From Vampirovibrionaceae bacterium NZW_1234 (GTDB lineage: Bacteria > Cyanobacteriota > Vampirovibrionia > Vampirovibrionales > JAGQHJ01), in contig JBGUGD010000019.1 of the NCBI GenBank assembly GCA_041697335.1, positions 1-60,982 of the forward strand: DNA of 60,982 nt, read 5' to 3'. Shown here one piece after another: positions 30,372 to 40,306 of this stretch (positions are counted from its first letter, which is position 1; every line of letters starts with the position of its first letter). The notes beneath the pieces are model-generated. The model searched no databases and was not told the DNA's origin. It saw only the letters and a list, made by a program, of their open reading frames with translations. A program made the position numbers and the translations under genes.

Positions 30372-31268
30372 ATGTCTCAATCCACCCCGAGTCCCAAGAC
30401 AGGTTTTCAAGGCTGTCCAGTTCTTGGCGTTGGGCTTGGACTAAGAAGCCCCCTCCTGGAAGAAACACTGGCAGGTACTGACAAAATTGACTGGGTTGAG
30501 ATTGCCCCTGAAAATTATATGGGCAAAGGGGGGGCTGCGGTTCGAAATTTGAAGCGGGCCTTTGAGGTTTACCCTATCATTCCCCATGGCGTGACGATGT
30601 CCTTAGGAAGTACCGATCCCTGGGATCATGAGTTTTTAACAGAGCTCAAAAAGTTTTTTCAGTGGATTGACCCCCCGTGGTTCAGTGATCACTTATGTTA
30701 TGGGGGTATTAATGGCATTTATTTCAATGATCTGATGCCGTTGGTTAGAACACCGGAAGCTGTGGACCATATTGTCAAGCGGATCCGGTTTATACAAGAG
30801 ACCTTTGAGCGGCCTTATCTCATTGAAAATGTATCTTATTATCTGGAACAGCCCGAGAACACTATGACCGAGCATGACTTTCTGGCTGAAATCCTGGAAA
30901 AGAGCGATTGTGGACTTTTGTTGGATGTGAATAATATTTATGTCAATGCCCAGAATTACAATCGCGATCCTTACGTTTATCTGAATCGCATTCCTCTGGA
31001 ACGCGTGGTTCAAATTCACGTGGCGGGCCATAACCATTTCCCGGAAGGGATTGTTGACACGCATGGAGATGCAGTATGTGATGGGGTATGGGAACTGTTG
31101 GATTGGGTTTTACGCCGATGCAACCCCTGTGGTGTGATGATTGAGCGGGATCAAAACTTCCCACCCTTTGCCGAGTTGGAGCAGGAGCTGTTGAAAGTTC
31201 GTCAAATTTGGGAAAATGCCAATCCGAATCTTGCCGTCTGTTCCCGGGAGGAGTTGTTATGCCGCTAG
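30372..31268 (+). CDS. DUF692 multinuclear non-heme iron-dependent oxidative enzyme (MNIO)
   Basis: GVGLGLR, EIAPENY, HGV..SLGS, FSDHLC, IENVSYY, LLLDVNNIYVN, QIHVAGH, DTHG, IERD. Confidence 0.96.
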   Translation: MSQSTPSPKTGFQGCPVLGVGLGLRSPLLEETLAGTDKIDWVEIAPENYMGKGGAAVRNLKRAFEVYPIIPHGVTMSLGSTDPWDHEFLTELKKFFQWIDPPWFSDHLCYGGINGIYFNDLMPLVRTPEAVDHIVKRIRFIQETFERPYLIENVSYYLEQPENTMTEHDFLAEILEKSDCGLLLDVNNIYVNAQNYNRDPYVYLNRIPLERVVQIHVAGHNHFPEGIVDTHGDAVCDGVWELLDWVLRRCNPCGVMIERDQNFPPFAELEQELLKVRQIWENANPNLAVCSREELLCR

Positions 31269-32134
31269 ATCCACATCAGGTTGGGATGGGAGCTGTGCTT
31301 TTACAGCCCGTTGGGCTAAATGCACTTTCCTCGGATGAAACCTGGCAGGGGTATACCAAAACCTCGGAAGGTTCTTTGGTGGCCAATTTGCCTCGTGAGC
31401 GGCTTGCCCTGTATCAAGAGCTTTTGTTTAATACCGTTGAAGACACGATGAGTTCTTTTTATCCCCATTGTCGCCGGTTTATTGGCGATGACTGGGATGC
31501 CTTGGTCGAGCGTTATCGTCGTGATCACCCCAGCGTGTCCTACTTGTTATACAAAGTGGCGCAGCATTTTCCTGCATTTTTAAGCCGTCAATCGGACCTG
31601 CTGAATCGGTTTCCGTTTTTGCCTGATTTAGCACTTTATCAGTGGTTGGACATTGAGGTCTATAATGCCCCTGATGTGGTTCTACCTGGTGCGTTTTTCT
31701 CTGAGCTGGTTTGGACCGAGGACTTGTTCGAGAGAGGCCGTCCCTATTGGAACCCGGTCCATCGGTTGGTGGAGTTTTCGTATTCGGTTCCCGATATTAT
31801 CCGGGCCATTAATGAATATGATCAAACCCATGACGAAGATCTACCGATTCCTGAAGGCGTTATCCCTGTAGAGAAGCAACCTACCCGGATGTTTATTTAT
31901 CGGGATCCGGAAAGCTTGGACGTCCGTTTCTTCCAACTCAATGAGTTGACCTCTGCCTTGATTCAGACTTCTCAAACAACACATTCCTACATTGATCTGT
32001 TTGAAACGCTTTCCAAGTCGTTACCGGCTTTGGCTCAAGTGCCTTTGGAAACCGTTGTGATGGAAGGTGCCAAGTTGCTCCAGCATTGTCACCAGCAAGG
32101 AATGCTGCTGGGTTCTGTGATTCAGGCGGAATAA
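31259..32134 (+). CDS. DUF2063-family MNIO partner protein
   Basis: RLALYQELLFN, FYP, FPAFL, LPDLALYQW; RBS ggaggag; overlaps the DUF692 stop. Confidence 0.88.
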   Translation: MPLDPHQVGMGAVLLQPVGLNALSSDETWQGYTKTSEGSLVANLPRERLALYQELLFNTVEDTMSSFYPHCRRFIGDDWDALVERYRRDHPSVSYLLYKVAQHFPAFLSRQSDLLNRFPFLPDLALYQWLDIEVYNAPDVVLPGAFFSELVWTEDLFERGRPYWNPVHRLVEFSYSVPDIIRAINEYDQTHDEDLPIPEGVIPVEKQPTRMFIYRDPESLDVRFFQLNELTSALIQTSQTTHSYIDLFETLSKSLPALAQVPLETVVMEGAKLLQHCHQQGMLLGSVIQAE

Positions 32135-32238
32135 CTTATTTTTATGATTGACCTGCTGCAATTGGTTTCTTGAGGCTTTTCAGGCTTTTGCCTACAATAG
32201 CAGCGTAGTCGAATGCTTGACGTGGGGAGATTATTGCC

Positions 32239-32823
32239 ATGGTTTTAGTGTCTTCAACGATGTTGGCCTTGGGTACCGAGGCCCCGGATTTTATGTTGCC
32301 TGATGTTGTTTCGGGGCAGACAGTATCATTGGCCTCGTTTTCTGGAAAATCAGTTCTGCTGGTGATGTTTATTTGTTGTCACTGTCCCTACGTGAAGCAT
32401 ATCGAAGCAGAGTTGTCCAGACTCGGAAAGGATTATCAGCAACAAGATGTTGCAATTGTGGCAATTAGCGCGAATGATGCTGAAAACTATCCCGCCGATT
32501 CTCCAGAGAATCTGGCTGACATGGCCAAACGCCTTGGATTGACCTATCCCATTCTCTTTGATGAGACCCAGGCAGTGGCTCACGCCTATACGGCTTCCTG
32601 TACGCCGGATTTCTTTGTCTTTGATGCCAAACGGCATTTGATTTACCGAGGTCAATTGGATGAGAGCCGTCCGGGGAGCGCGATCCCAGTTACCGGTCGG
32701 GATCTCCGTGCGGCGCTCGATGCGGCATTATCCAATCAGCCTCTTTCCACTCCTCAGTTGCCCAGCATTGGGTGCAACATAAAATGGAAGCCAGGAAATG
32801 AGCCGGATTATTTTGGCCGATAA
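32239..32823 (+). CDS. Thioredoxin-like AhpC/TSA family protein
   Basis: APDFMLPD, FICCHCPYV, AISAND, CTPDFF, YRGQLD, SIGCNIKW. Confidence 0.92.
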   Translation: MVLVSSTMLALGTEAPDFMLPDVVSGQTVSLASFSGKSVLLVMFICCHCPYVKHIEAELSRLGKDYQQQDVAIVAISANDAENYPADSPENLADMAKRLGLTYPILFDETQAVAHAYTASCTPDFFVFDAKRHLIYRGQLDESRPGSAIPVTGRDLRAALDAALSNQPLSTPQLPSIGCNIKWKPGNEPDYFGR

Positions 32824-33035
32824 GCTAACTGCGGCTGCTTTTTGGAACAATGTAAAGCTGATTTCAGGCCGTCCTGGGAACCCTTGATCTTCAGCGCTCT
32901 ACAGAGCGTGGCTTTCATGTCATCTTTACAAAAATTAATCATGTATCATTAATTAATTATTAATTGTTTTTATATTTATACAGAGAGTTGTTATTCGTGT
33001 GTACAGACAGGTGCGTATTTAGGAGAAAGAAGAAA

Positions 33036-33509
33036 ATGGTTGCCGCTTTATCTCGCCCTCGCTTAAATAGCTATGAAACCCAAGACTACTTAAATGTACT
33101 GCGTGCTGCAGATACTCAAACCATTGTGTTTCTTCAAAATGCTGCAGGTACCAGTTTACCAAGCTTAAATCCCGATGGCTTGCTCAGTCAGTCTGAATTA
33201 ACTCAATTTCGTGACCGAGCGCAAAAATCAATCAGTTATGCTCAACAGCTGCAAGCGTTTTTTAAGTTCTTTATCCCCAGCTTTGGGGGTGTCTTTAAAC
33301 AATATATTGATGAACTCAATAAGAAGCTGGACATCTCAAACATCATGTTGACCAACTATAATCGCTTTGCAAATCCTGGCGGACTAAATCGTCCTGGTTT
33401 CGCTGCAAGCAACCAGATCAGCCGTGGCTCTATTTATGAGCTGGCTTGGACGGATGGCAATCCCTATAATGTCTCTCCATTTGACATTCGCGGTTCCAGA
33501 GTGGCCTAA
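33036..33509 (+). CDS. Hypothetical protein
   Basis: RBS aggag upstream of MVAALS; coherent 157-aa ORF. Confidence 0.7.
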   Translation: MVAALSRPRLNSYETQDYLNVLRAADTQTIVFLQNAAGTSLPSLNPDGLLSQSELTQFRDRAQKSISYAQQLQAFFKFFIPSFGGVFKQYIDELNKKLDISNIMLTNYNRFANPGGLNRPGFAASNQISRGSIYELAWTDGNPYNVSPFDIRGSRVA

Positions 33510-33533
33510 TTGCAAGTGATATAACACAAGTTT

Positions 33534-33561
33534 CGAGGTATACCCCAATGGGTATACCTCG
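33534..33561. promoter_or_regulatory. Perfect 12-bp inverted repeat: CsoR-type operator or terminator
   Basis: cgaggtataccc-caat-gggtatacctcg. Confidence 0.5.
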
Positions 33562-33731
33562 TTTGGGCTTTCCGGTCTGTTTTCTTTTTTCTCTAAGGAT
33601 ATGTGGCAGGATTGCAAGCTTCTCTTTCGGGAACTTGAGCGATGGCCTTGCCACCAGTGTCGGATCGGACTATTCTGGTTATGAGATTTTCCATCCCTAT
33701 CTGGCATCTTATTTAGAGAGGAACCTATTTC

Positions 33732-33989
33732 ATGAAATTTGGTACTGGTTTATTGGCGGCTCTGATTCTGGTATCTACGTTTGCTGGGTGTTCTACTAAC
33801 CCATTAACGACCACAGAGTATGATATTCCCGGAAGCAAAACGGATAATGTCGACAGCTCGAAGTATTTCTACGCCACTACAGGGCGTAAGCCTGAACCGC
33901 CAAACCCTAATGGGGAGTATGTCCCAGGGGCTGTCGTGCAATACTCGGCGCCTCAACCAAAAGAACCTGCAAAAGAAGCCGCTCACTAG
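33732..33989 (+). CDS. Small lipoprotein
   Basis: Signal peptide with lipobox FAG-C; RBS gagg. Confidence 0.8.
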   Translation: MKFGTGLLAALILVSTFAGCSTNPLTTTEYDIPGSKTDNVDSSKYFYATTGRKPEPPNPNGEYVPGAVVQYSAPQPKEPAKEAAH

Positions 33990-34174
33990 AGAGTGCTTTT
34001 TCGATTACATTCCAGCTAAGCCTTTTTTAACTGTGCTTAGCACGTTTTTCGTGAGGGCTTGAAAGAGGCTTCCGGAATTTTTTGCTTGTGTTGTGCCCAG
34101 GACAGAGTCTCTGTCATACTCCAGGCTGCAGAGTTGGGCTAATTTCAGAATGAGGACGAGATGAGGGGTGAGCG

Positions 34175-35629
34175 CTAAGCTTCCCGGCTATGAAAACAGA
34201 CGGGGCGCATCACGCCATCGCTCATCCCATGGATGATTTTTCTTTCCTTGGGGCAGGTTGTGGCCAGTATGCCTGCCAGAACAGGCTCAGACCCGGTGAT
34301 GAAGTAATAGGGGCAAAGTCGGGTACGACCTTGATGTTCCACAACCTTTCCCGAATCCGGCTGGAAGTATAAATAGGGTTCAACCGTTGTGTTTTCAAAT
34401 CGCTGTAGTAAATGTGGGGTATCTGGGAACTGGTTGAAGGCGTCCTGGATCGCTGTTCGCCAGAGCTCTTGGGGTAGATCATGCCCAACTTTAACCCCGC
34501 GACTGCCCCAGGCCAAGGGTGAAAAACCGGATGGCTTTATCACCAGTTCTCGCTGTTTTTGGGTCAGTTCACCCAGATCCTGAAAATCTTTTAAGTAACG
34601 CCCATGAAAGTTTAATGGGGGTACCACGGCTGCATGGGGAGGAATGACAGCCGGATCCATAATCCAACTTTCCGGGACAAGGCGTTTCATCAAGTCCGTA
34701 TTATCAGGGCCAAGAGCCTGTAGCCAATAAGCTTCCAAAAAGGGATGATGGATTAATGCCAACGAAAGTTTCTCTTCTAAATGAGGTTTAAAGGGTGGTG
34801 TACAGAAAACCAGGCCTTTTTTAACGGCATACTGTATCAGCTCGATCTGCGGAATATTTGGCAGATCGAAAAGTTCAAAAAATCGATAGATCATGTGGAC
34901 TGGAGTAAATGGAGCTTCTGGGCCGCTAAAGCCCAACTGGTTATGGACCAGGGTAATCTCTTTCGGGTGAACGATCCAGATGTTGGGATAGGATTGTTTG
35001 ATGGCCTCTGTGAGCCAAGCCATTTCTTTTCGATAATCTTCGGCTTCGTCTGAGACAACAATGGCGATGTGTGGGTTTTCCACCGTTTTATCGGGATATG
35101 CCTCAAGAAGCATGTTCAGGAATGCCTTGGGTATTCCGTCTTCATCTCCCAATAACCGATAACCAACGGCTTTGTAGGCTTGTGATAATGCGCCTAGAAA
35201 ACCGATACCGCCTGGAACTGCGTCAATTTCGCACAGAGTAAAGCCTTTCTCTGTGACCAGCAGGTCTGGGCGAATAACCAGCGGGAGATTGCGCTTAAAG
35301 CGATTCATCTGTGATAGGGCTAGCAGATTTGAGGGCTTGCCTGCATGGTATAGGTCTTTGACCCAACCTAAAACGGGATCACCCGGAGTCGCTTTCAGGC
35401 TGTTTCGGTATAAGGCATCAATCGCCACAGAAAACTGATACAGACAATGGCCGATTTTAGGAATAAGGTCGAGTTGAGCCTCTGTCAAAACATAGGGTGT
35501 TGGGGAAAGGAGCCAGCCAAAGTCAAAGGCATCCGACGTGTTTTCGTCTCCGTATAGGCGTGTTGAGGGCAGTGCCTGACGAAGCAGTGTCATTGAAACG
35601 TCTTGGTGTGATTGACAGAGTAGACTCAT
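34175..35629 (-). CDS. ATP-grasp-like hypothetical protein (GspS/circularly permuted type)
   Basis: IRPDLL...CEID..PGG, EEK, LVIKPSG, WGSRGV, LLQRF and RLCPY resemble ATP-grasp ligase motifs. Confidence 0.6.
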   Translation of the reverse strand: MSLLCQSHQDVSMTLLRQALPSTRLYGDENTSDAFDFGWLLSPTPYVLTEAQLDLIPKIGHCLYQFSVAIDALYRNSLKATPGDPVLGWVKDLYHAGKPSNLLALSQMNRFKRNLPLVIRPDLLVTEKGFTLCEIDAVPGGIGFLGALSQAYKAVGYRLLGDEDGIPKAFLNMLLEAYPDKTVENPHIAIVVSDEAEDYRKEMAWLTEAIKQSYPNIWIVHPKEITLVHNQLGFSGPEAPFTPVHMIYRFFELFDLPNIPQIELIQYAVKKGLVFCTPPFKPHLEEKLSLALIHHPFLEAYWLQALGPDNTDLMKRLVPESWIMDPAVIPPHAAVVPPLNFHGRYLKDFQDLGELTQKQRELVIKPSGFSPLAWGSRGVKVGHDLPQELWRTAIQDAFNQFPDTPHLLQRFENTTVEPYLYFQPDSGKVVEHQGRTRLCPYYFITGSEPVLAGILATTCPKERKIIHGMSDGVMRPVCFHSREA

Positions 35630-35821
35630 GGGAAGGTTACCTGCATAATGACCGTGTAGAATAGCTTATAATAAAAGTATGGAACATTCTTTAACCAGGA
35701 AAGGCAGATTGCAGTCGGGATGTTTTTTCGGAAAAACAAAAAAAAGGATAGTGAGCCTGTAACAGAAAGTTACTTCCTTTTTTCGCACCGCTTTCCAATT
35801 AAAGAAGCGATCGAAAGCGCC

Positions 35822-38398
35822 ATGACTATGGACTTTGGTGAGAGCGATGCTGAGAATGTTCTTCCAGATCCCCGCCAAAGTGCTTCCGAGAGCAATGCTG
35901 TTACACATCAGGCTTTATCCATTTTGGAAAATCTAGAGTCTCAGGCCAGTGTTGAGCCTGTGTCTGAAGCTGAAGATGTTTCAGCGGATGAAATTGTCCT
36001 GTCCGAACCGCTCGCTTTTGAAATCCATGGTGCTGAGTCCCTTCCTCCGGCAGGTGAAGAAGATGTGCCGCCCCCGACTCAACCCATGGAATTTGTTATG
36101 GAAGCCCCTCAGTATCAGGATGACCTTGGCGAATCGACTATGGTGCAGGCCGAGAGTTTTGAGGCTCCTCTGCAAGGGGCAAATGCTTCTGAGCCCTTAA
36201 GTCTTGAGGCCTTTTTGGCTTTGCGATCAGATGCCATGGCTGCCCAGCCGGACGAAGTGAATACAGTTGAAACTGTGTCTGCTTCCAACGTCGCTGAAGA
36301 GCGTCCCTTTGTTCAGCAGATACACCCCTCTGAAATCGTGGAGTTCGCTAGTGAGCAGCCCTTACCGCAGCACTCCTCTGAGCTGGAGCTCGGGCCTGAA
36401 TCTCAAGAACAACAAGCATGGACTCTGGCTTCTGACTCTCAGGAGTCAATTTCTCAGGAACAGGCTTTTTCCGAATTTCTGGAGAATACTCTGGGTACGA
36501 CTCGTCAAGATGCATCCTCCACATATCACGTTACGGAGCCGTTGGGAATGGAGTTGATGGCTGAGGATGCCCTGGTTGAACCATTTGCCTTTGTTCAGCC
36601 AGTTTCAGATTTCCAAGCTCTTGAAAATCAAGATTCGGTCTTTATTACTTCGGATATTGCGGAGTTGGCCTACTCCTTTGCCCTGGTTGAACCTCCCGGG
36701 GATTCTGAGGCATTGCCTCCTGAGAATGATGTTACTGCGGATGAGCCTGATACTTTCGTTACGTCTTCCTCTGTGGAGGCGTTTCTCAAGCCGGAGGACG
36801 TTCTGCTCCAGGAAAGCTCATCATCTTTGGCTGCTTCGTCTGAATCTGAGATTGTAGGGGTGCCCACTCCCTCTGACGTGATGATGTCGGCTCCCGAGGC
36901 AGCAGATGATGAACCTCTTGTATCTGTTGTTCGCCCCGTGAGAGCGACACCAAAGATAGACGATTTGCCGATTTGGGCAGATGCTTTCGTTTCAAAAGCC
37001 TCTCCTGTCCCCCCGCCGAAGTCGGGACAGTCGCCTGAAGACCTTCGTCAGGTGGTTTCAGATACCGTATCGGCTTTGTCTTCTTTTTCACCTCGCAGGG
37101 ATGTCCAGGATTTTTGGACGATCCGTAAGCAGCCACCGGCACCTCCAGCTCCGTCGAGACGATCCAGTATTGCTCTCTTTGATTCCGTTGGAGAAGCTGA
37201 TGCTGGCGTTGAGAATCTGGAGTCTTCTAAAGCACCGGTCGCAGGGGACTCAGATTTTTCCCAGCCGTCTTCGATCGAGATTCTTCAGGGGCCTGTTCTT
37301 CAGGTTATTGATGGAGGGGCCCTGCATTTGACTCCTGGCTATCAGGAACAGGAAAGTGGTGCCTCTGAAGAGTCTGAGCAACAAGAAGATGAGATCGAAC
37401 AACCCGTCCGGGCATCGGTTGTTCATATGCAGGAACTGCGCCGAGCTCCCCATGCCGATAGTTGGGAGGACGAGGATGATGATAGTGTGAAGGAAGAGTC
37501 GCCTGCGCCCAGTGAAGAAGACGCATTACCCGATAATGTGGTGCCTTTCTCCCTACCGACTTCCGAATCCGAATATGACACGGTGATTTTGGGTGACTCA
37601 GAAGTTCCCTCCGAAGCGTCACTCAACCCGCTTGCTGAAGAAATCCCATCTTCGCCGCAGCTGGATACTGGCGATACATCACATTCGCCAAACTCTGAGA
37701 GCAACTCTGAGCCTCTCTCTTTATGGCCCGTGGATTCTTATCTTTCGGTTTCTGAAGAGCCTGATATGGGGCTGATGCCGCTGCTCGATCCGATTCAGGC
37801 CCTTTCCATGGCGCCCTCCTACCTGATTCCTGAGCCGTCGGATTCTCAGGCAAATGCTGAAGCAGGGCTGATGCCTGTAAATGATCATGTTGAGCAGGTC
37901 AATTATGCCTCGGCTGCAATAACAAATGAGGATGTGCCCGATAACATTGATCTTCCCGATAATGTCATGGATTTTTCCTTTGATGATGCTGATTCGGTAT
38001 TTTCAGGACTTACTTCATCTGATGCTGCGATACCCTATTCGACTCCCTCGGACATTGATCCCTTGTCGAATCCGTCACAGGTTGAGGATATGGCTTTTGA
38101 ATTGCCCGAAACCGAGCATTTGGATGGGGTTGCCATTCTGGCTTCAGACTGGCTGTCTGAGGAGCTTCAAGTGATGTTGGTGTATCACGACGGCGTGTAT
38201 GCCCTGATGGTGGACAATGGGGTGAATGCGGCCTTGTTGAAATCGTTTGACGACAACCCGCTCTTGCCTCACAATCATTTTACCGTGACTCAGGAAGCCA
38301 TTATCGGAAACAAGGCTATGTTTATTGTGCAAGTGGGGACCTGGCAAGGAATTATTTCCTTGGAAAGTGATGAAGCCAAGCTACAAGCAGAGATGTAA
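35822..38398 (+). CDS. Very acidic, largely disordered protein with a small globular C-terminal domain
   Basis: E/S/P/D-rich over roughly 780 aa, beta-rich last 95 aa; start could be 35720. Confidence 0.8.
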   Translation: MTMDFGESDAENVLPDPRQSASESNAVTHQALSILENLESQASVEPVSEAEDVSADEIVLSEPLAFEIHGAESLPPAGEEDVPPPTQPMEFVMEAPQYQDDLGESTMVQAESFEAPLQGANASEPLSLEAFLALRSDAMAAQPDEVNTVETVSASNVAEERPFVQQIHPSEIVEFASEQPLPQHSSELELGPESQEQQAWTLASDSQESISQEQAFSEFLENTLGTTRQDASSTYHVTEPLGMELMAEDALVEPFAFVQPVSDFQALENQDSVFITSDIAELAYSFALVEPPGDSEALPPENDVTADEPDTFVTSSSVEAFLKPEDVLLQESSSSLAASSESEIVGVPTPSDVMMSAPEAADDEPLVSVVRPVRATPKIDDLPIWADAFVSKASPVPPPKSGQSPEDLRQVVSDTVSALSSFSPRRDVQDFWTIRKQPPAPPAPSRRSSIALFDSVGEADAGVENLESSKAPVAGDSDFSQPSSIEILQGPVLQVIDGGALHLTPGYQEQESGASEESEQQEDEIEQPVRASVVHMQELRRAPHADSWEDEDDDSVKEESPAPSEEDALPDNVVPFSLPTSESEYDTVILGDSEVPSEASLNPLAEEIPSSPQLDTGDTSHSPNSESNSEPLSLWPVDSYLSVSEEPDMGLMPLLDPIQALSMAPSYLIPEPSDSQANAEAGLMPVNDHVEQVNYASAAITNEDVPDNIDLPDNVMDFSFDDADSVFSGLTSSDAAIPYSTPSDIDPLSNPSQVEDMAFELPETEHLDGVAILASDWLSEELQVMLVYHDGVYALMVDNGVNAALLKSFDDNPLLPHNHFTVTQEAIIGNKAMFIVQVGTWQGIISLESDEAKLQAEM

Positions 38399-38401
38399 TT
38401 T

Positions 38402-38851
38402 ATGGTAAAGTCATCGCAACCCGTAACACCGTCTTCGAAGACCTTGGCTCAGCGTGTGCAGGAGCTTCGTACTCACTTGGGCTATTCTTTGGAAAAGGTT
38501 GCGGAAATTGCCAATATGTCTGTTTCGCAGTTGGAAGATATTGAGAGTGGCATTGAACTGTTTCTCTCCCCTGCGGTGCGCCAAAAGCTGGCTCGGGCTC
38601 TAAAGACACGTCCCTCATCGTTGAAGGCACTTGAAAAACCGCGGGAAGAAGGTTTGCCTGGAAAAACCGCGTTATCTGCAAGTGCTCGGGAGCGCTATAT
38701 TGAGGAAATCTTGTATCATCCTCATGCGGAATATCCCTGTCCAAACTGTGGGACATTGCTTCTGGTGCGTCTCTTTAACCGCCGGGATTTGGAAGACAAC
38801 CCTTTAGTTGAAGTGAAAGCCCACTGCCCAAACTGTCTTTTCAAGATCTAG
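38402..38851 (+). CDS. XRE-family HTH regulator with a C-terminal zinc ribbon
   Basis: LRTHLGYSLEKVAEIANMSVSQLEDIESG; CPNC...CPNC. Confidence 0.85.
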   Translation: MVKSSQPVTPSSKTLAQRVQELRTHLGYSLEKVAEIANMSVSQLEDIESGIELFLSPAVRQKLARALKTRPSSLKALEKPREEGLPGKTALSASARERYIEEILYHPHAEYPCPNCGTLLLVRLFNRRDLEDNPLVEVKAHCPNCLFKI

Positions 38852-39216
38852 TAGGCTTGTGTGTAGCTCTCAGAACGACGTTCAATAATATCATTCTGGT
38901 CGGGTGTGTTTTCCTGAGTCTGGTTTTTAAGAATGGGAATTTTCGGCTTCAACTGGCTGACAATTATGCCAGATACCGTTGCAAGAAGAGCGCTCTGAGT
39001 TCCTCGTCCAATCATATGCAATAAGGGCTTGACTTGACCGCTCAGGATAAAGCCAACCACAATGGCAGTTACCATGGATGGGATGGGATAGGTTTGAACG
39101 GTCACCCGCCAGTCTTTTAGATCATGGATCCGCTCCTCAATGTCGTGAACGGTCTGGGAGATCTGATCTTTGGTCGCCTCGATATCGGAGCGAATTTGCG
39201 GAATCGATTGTGACAT
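38848..39216 (-). CDS. DUF3618-like protein
   Basis: QIRSDIEATKDQISQTVHDIEERI followed by a P-initiated TM helix. Confidence 0.75.
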   Translation of the reverse strand: MSQSIPQIRSDIEATKDQISQTVHDIEERIHDLKDWRVTVQTYPIPSMVTAIVVGFILSGQVKPLLHMIGRGTQSALLATVSGIIVSQLKPKIPILKNQTQENTPDQNDIIERRSESYTQAY

Positions 39217-39237
39217 GGGTAACACGTTCTCCTTCAC

Positions 39238-39642
39238 TTACTGATACGCGGACTCGCTGTCCTGAGGAACCTCTGAATGAGCCTCATCAAGGACTTGTTT
39301 TGCCGATTGTAGCTGTTTCAGGCACAGAACCCCAAAAACGATGAGTAGGCCCAAATAGAGGACGGTCATCACTGTGGCGGAGCCAACCCATGTAAGCGGG
39401 GTATAGCTCTCAAGTAGTATCGTTCCCAGGGCGCCGATACACACCAGGAGAACCATAAGAAACACAAATGCCACAAGCCCAAATAGGGCTGCCTTACTCA
39501 AGCGTTGAGCTTCCAGCTTGATTTCGGTTTTGGTCAGCTCGATATGTTGTTGGATCAGTTCGGAGACATTGTTCAATAACTGTCGGACCAATCCGGTAAG
39601 GCTTGGCTGTTCTTCAGGCCGATATAAGGGATACAAACTCAT
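39238..39642 (-). CDS. Holin-like (YqjE/DUF1469-type) membrane protein
   Basis: SLTGLVRQL...LIQQHIELTKTEIK followed by two TM helices. Confidence 0.8.
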   Translation of the reverse strand: MSLYPLYRPEEQPSLTGLVRQLLNNVSELIQQHIELTKTEIKLEAQRLSKAALFGLVAFVFLMVLLVCIGALGTILLESYTPLTWVGSATVMTVLYLGLLIVFGVLCLKQLQSAKQVLDEAHSEVPQDSESAYQ

Positions 39643-39700
39643 GATGAGTGTCTCCTAATTCGTTGAGGATGGGTTCTGTCCAACGGGTGAGGAGGGCGCT

Positions 39701-40027
39701 TTAGCGCAAGATTCTTCCAACAAGTACCCCGAGGATAAGACCGGAAATCAGGCTTTTACCCGGGTGCTGGCGGACGACTTGCTGCAAATCGCTCATCATG
39801 GCTTGAGAGTCTTTTTCCTTGAAATACATCGTGACTCGATCAATGCCGCGAGATGTACTTTCCACAGCTTTATTGGTCTTAGATTTGATATTTTCAGCCA
39901 AATTATCCACCTTCTGATTAACCTGGCTGCTCATTTGAGAGGCCTTATCACTGGCCGTATGGGATGATACCGAACTTTGTGCCGTAACGCCTGTTTGAGA
40001 CGGTTCAGTGTAGAATTCGTTTTCCAT
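39701..40027 (-). CDS. ElaB/YqjD/DUF883-like tail-anchored protein
   Basis: Helical body and C-terminal VRQHPGKSLISGLILGVLVGRILR. Confidence 0.8.
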   Translation of the reverse strand: MENEFYTEPSQTGVTAQSSVSSHTASDKASQMSSQVNQKVDNLAENIKSKTNKAVESTSRGIDRVTMYFKEKDSQAMMSDLQQVVRQHPGKSLISGLILGVLVGRILR

Positions 40028-40292
40028 AATGAAGCTCCTCATATCTCTCTAATTTCTCATGTGGTGTGTTGCTATTATGGTGATGTTTGGAGGATTCCTC
40101 CATTCCCTAGTCGGCTACAAAAGCAGTTTATTTCGAGGGAATTCAGATCGGTGGCTGCCTAAACAAAAGCGATGCGCGTCCTGCAAAGGATAAGAGTGCT
40201 AAGAGCTAGACAGGATGGCTAATCCACTTAGGTATCAAAAATATGTTCTTGCAATTTTTTGTAGCCTATGGATAATGGATACTATAAACACT

Positions 40293-40306
40293 AGAATAAA
40301 TATTCG
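40293..40306. promoter_or_regulatory. Putative LexA box
   Basis: AGAAT-AAAT-ATTCG (GAAT-N4-ATTC) just downstream of TTGCAA...GATAAT upstream of lexA. Confidence 0.5.

Noticed and set aside
39238..39642. Prophage holin
   Set aside because: Sits in the common chromosomal DUF883/YqjE/DUF3618 trio with no phage genes nearby
40194..40202. CIRCE half-site GAGTGCTAA
   Set aside because: No matching TTAGCACTC left arm and no chaperone gene downstream
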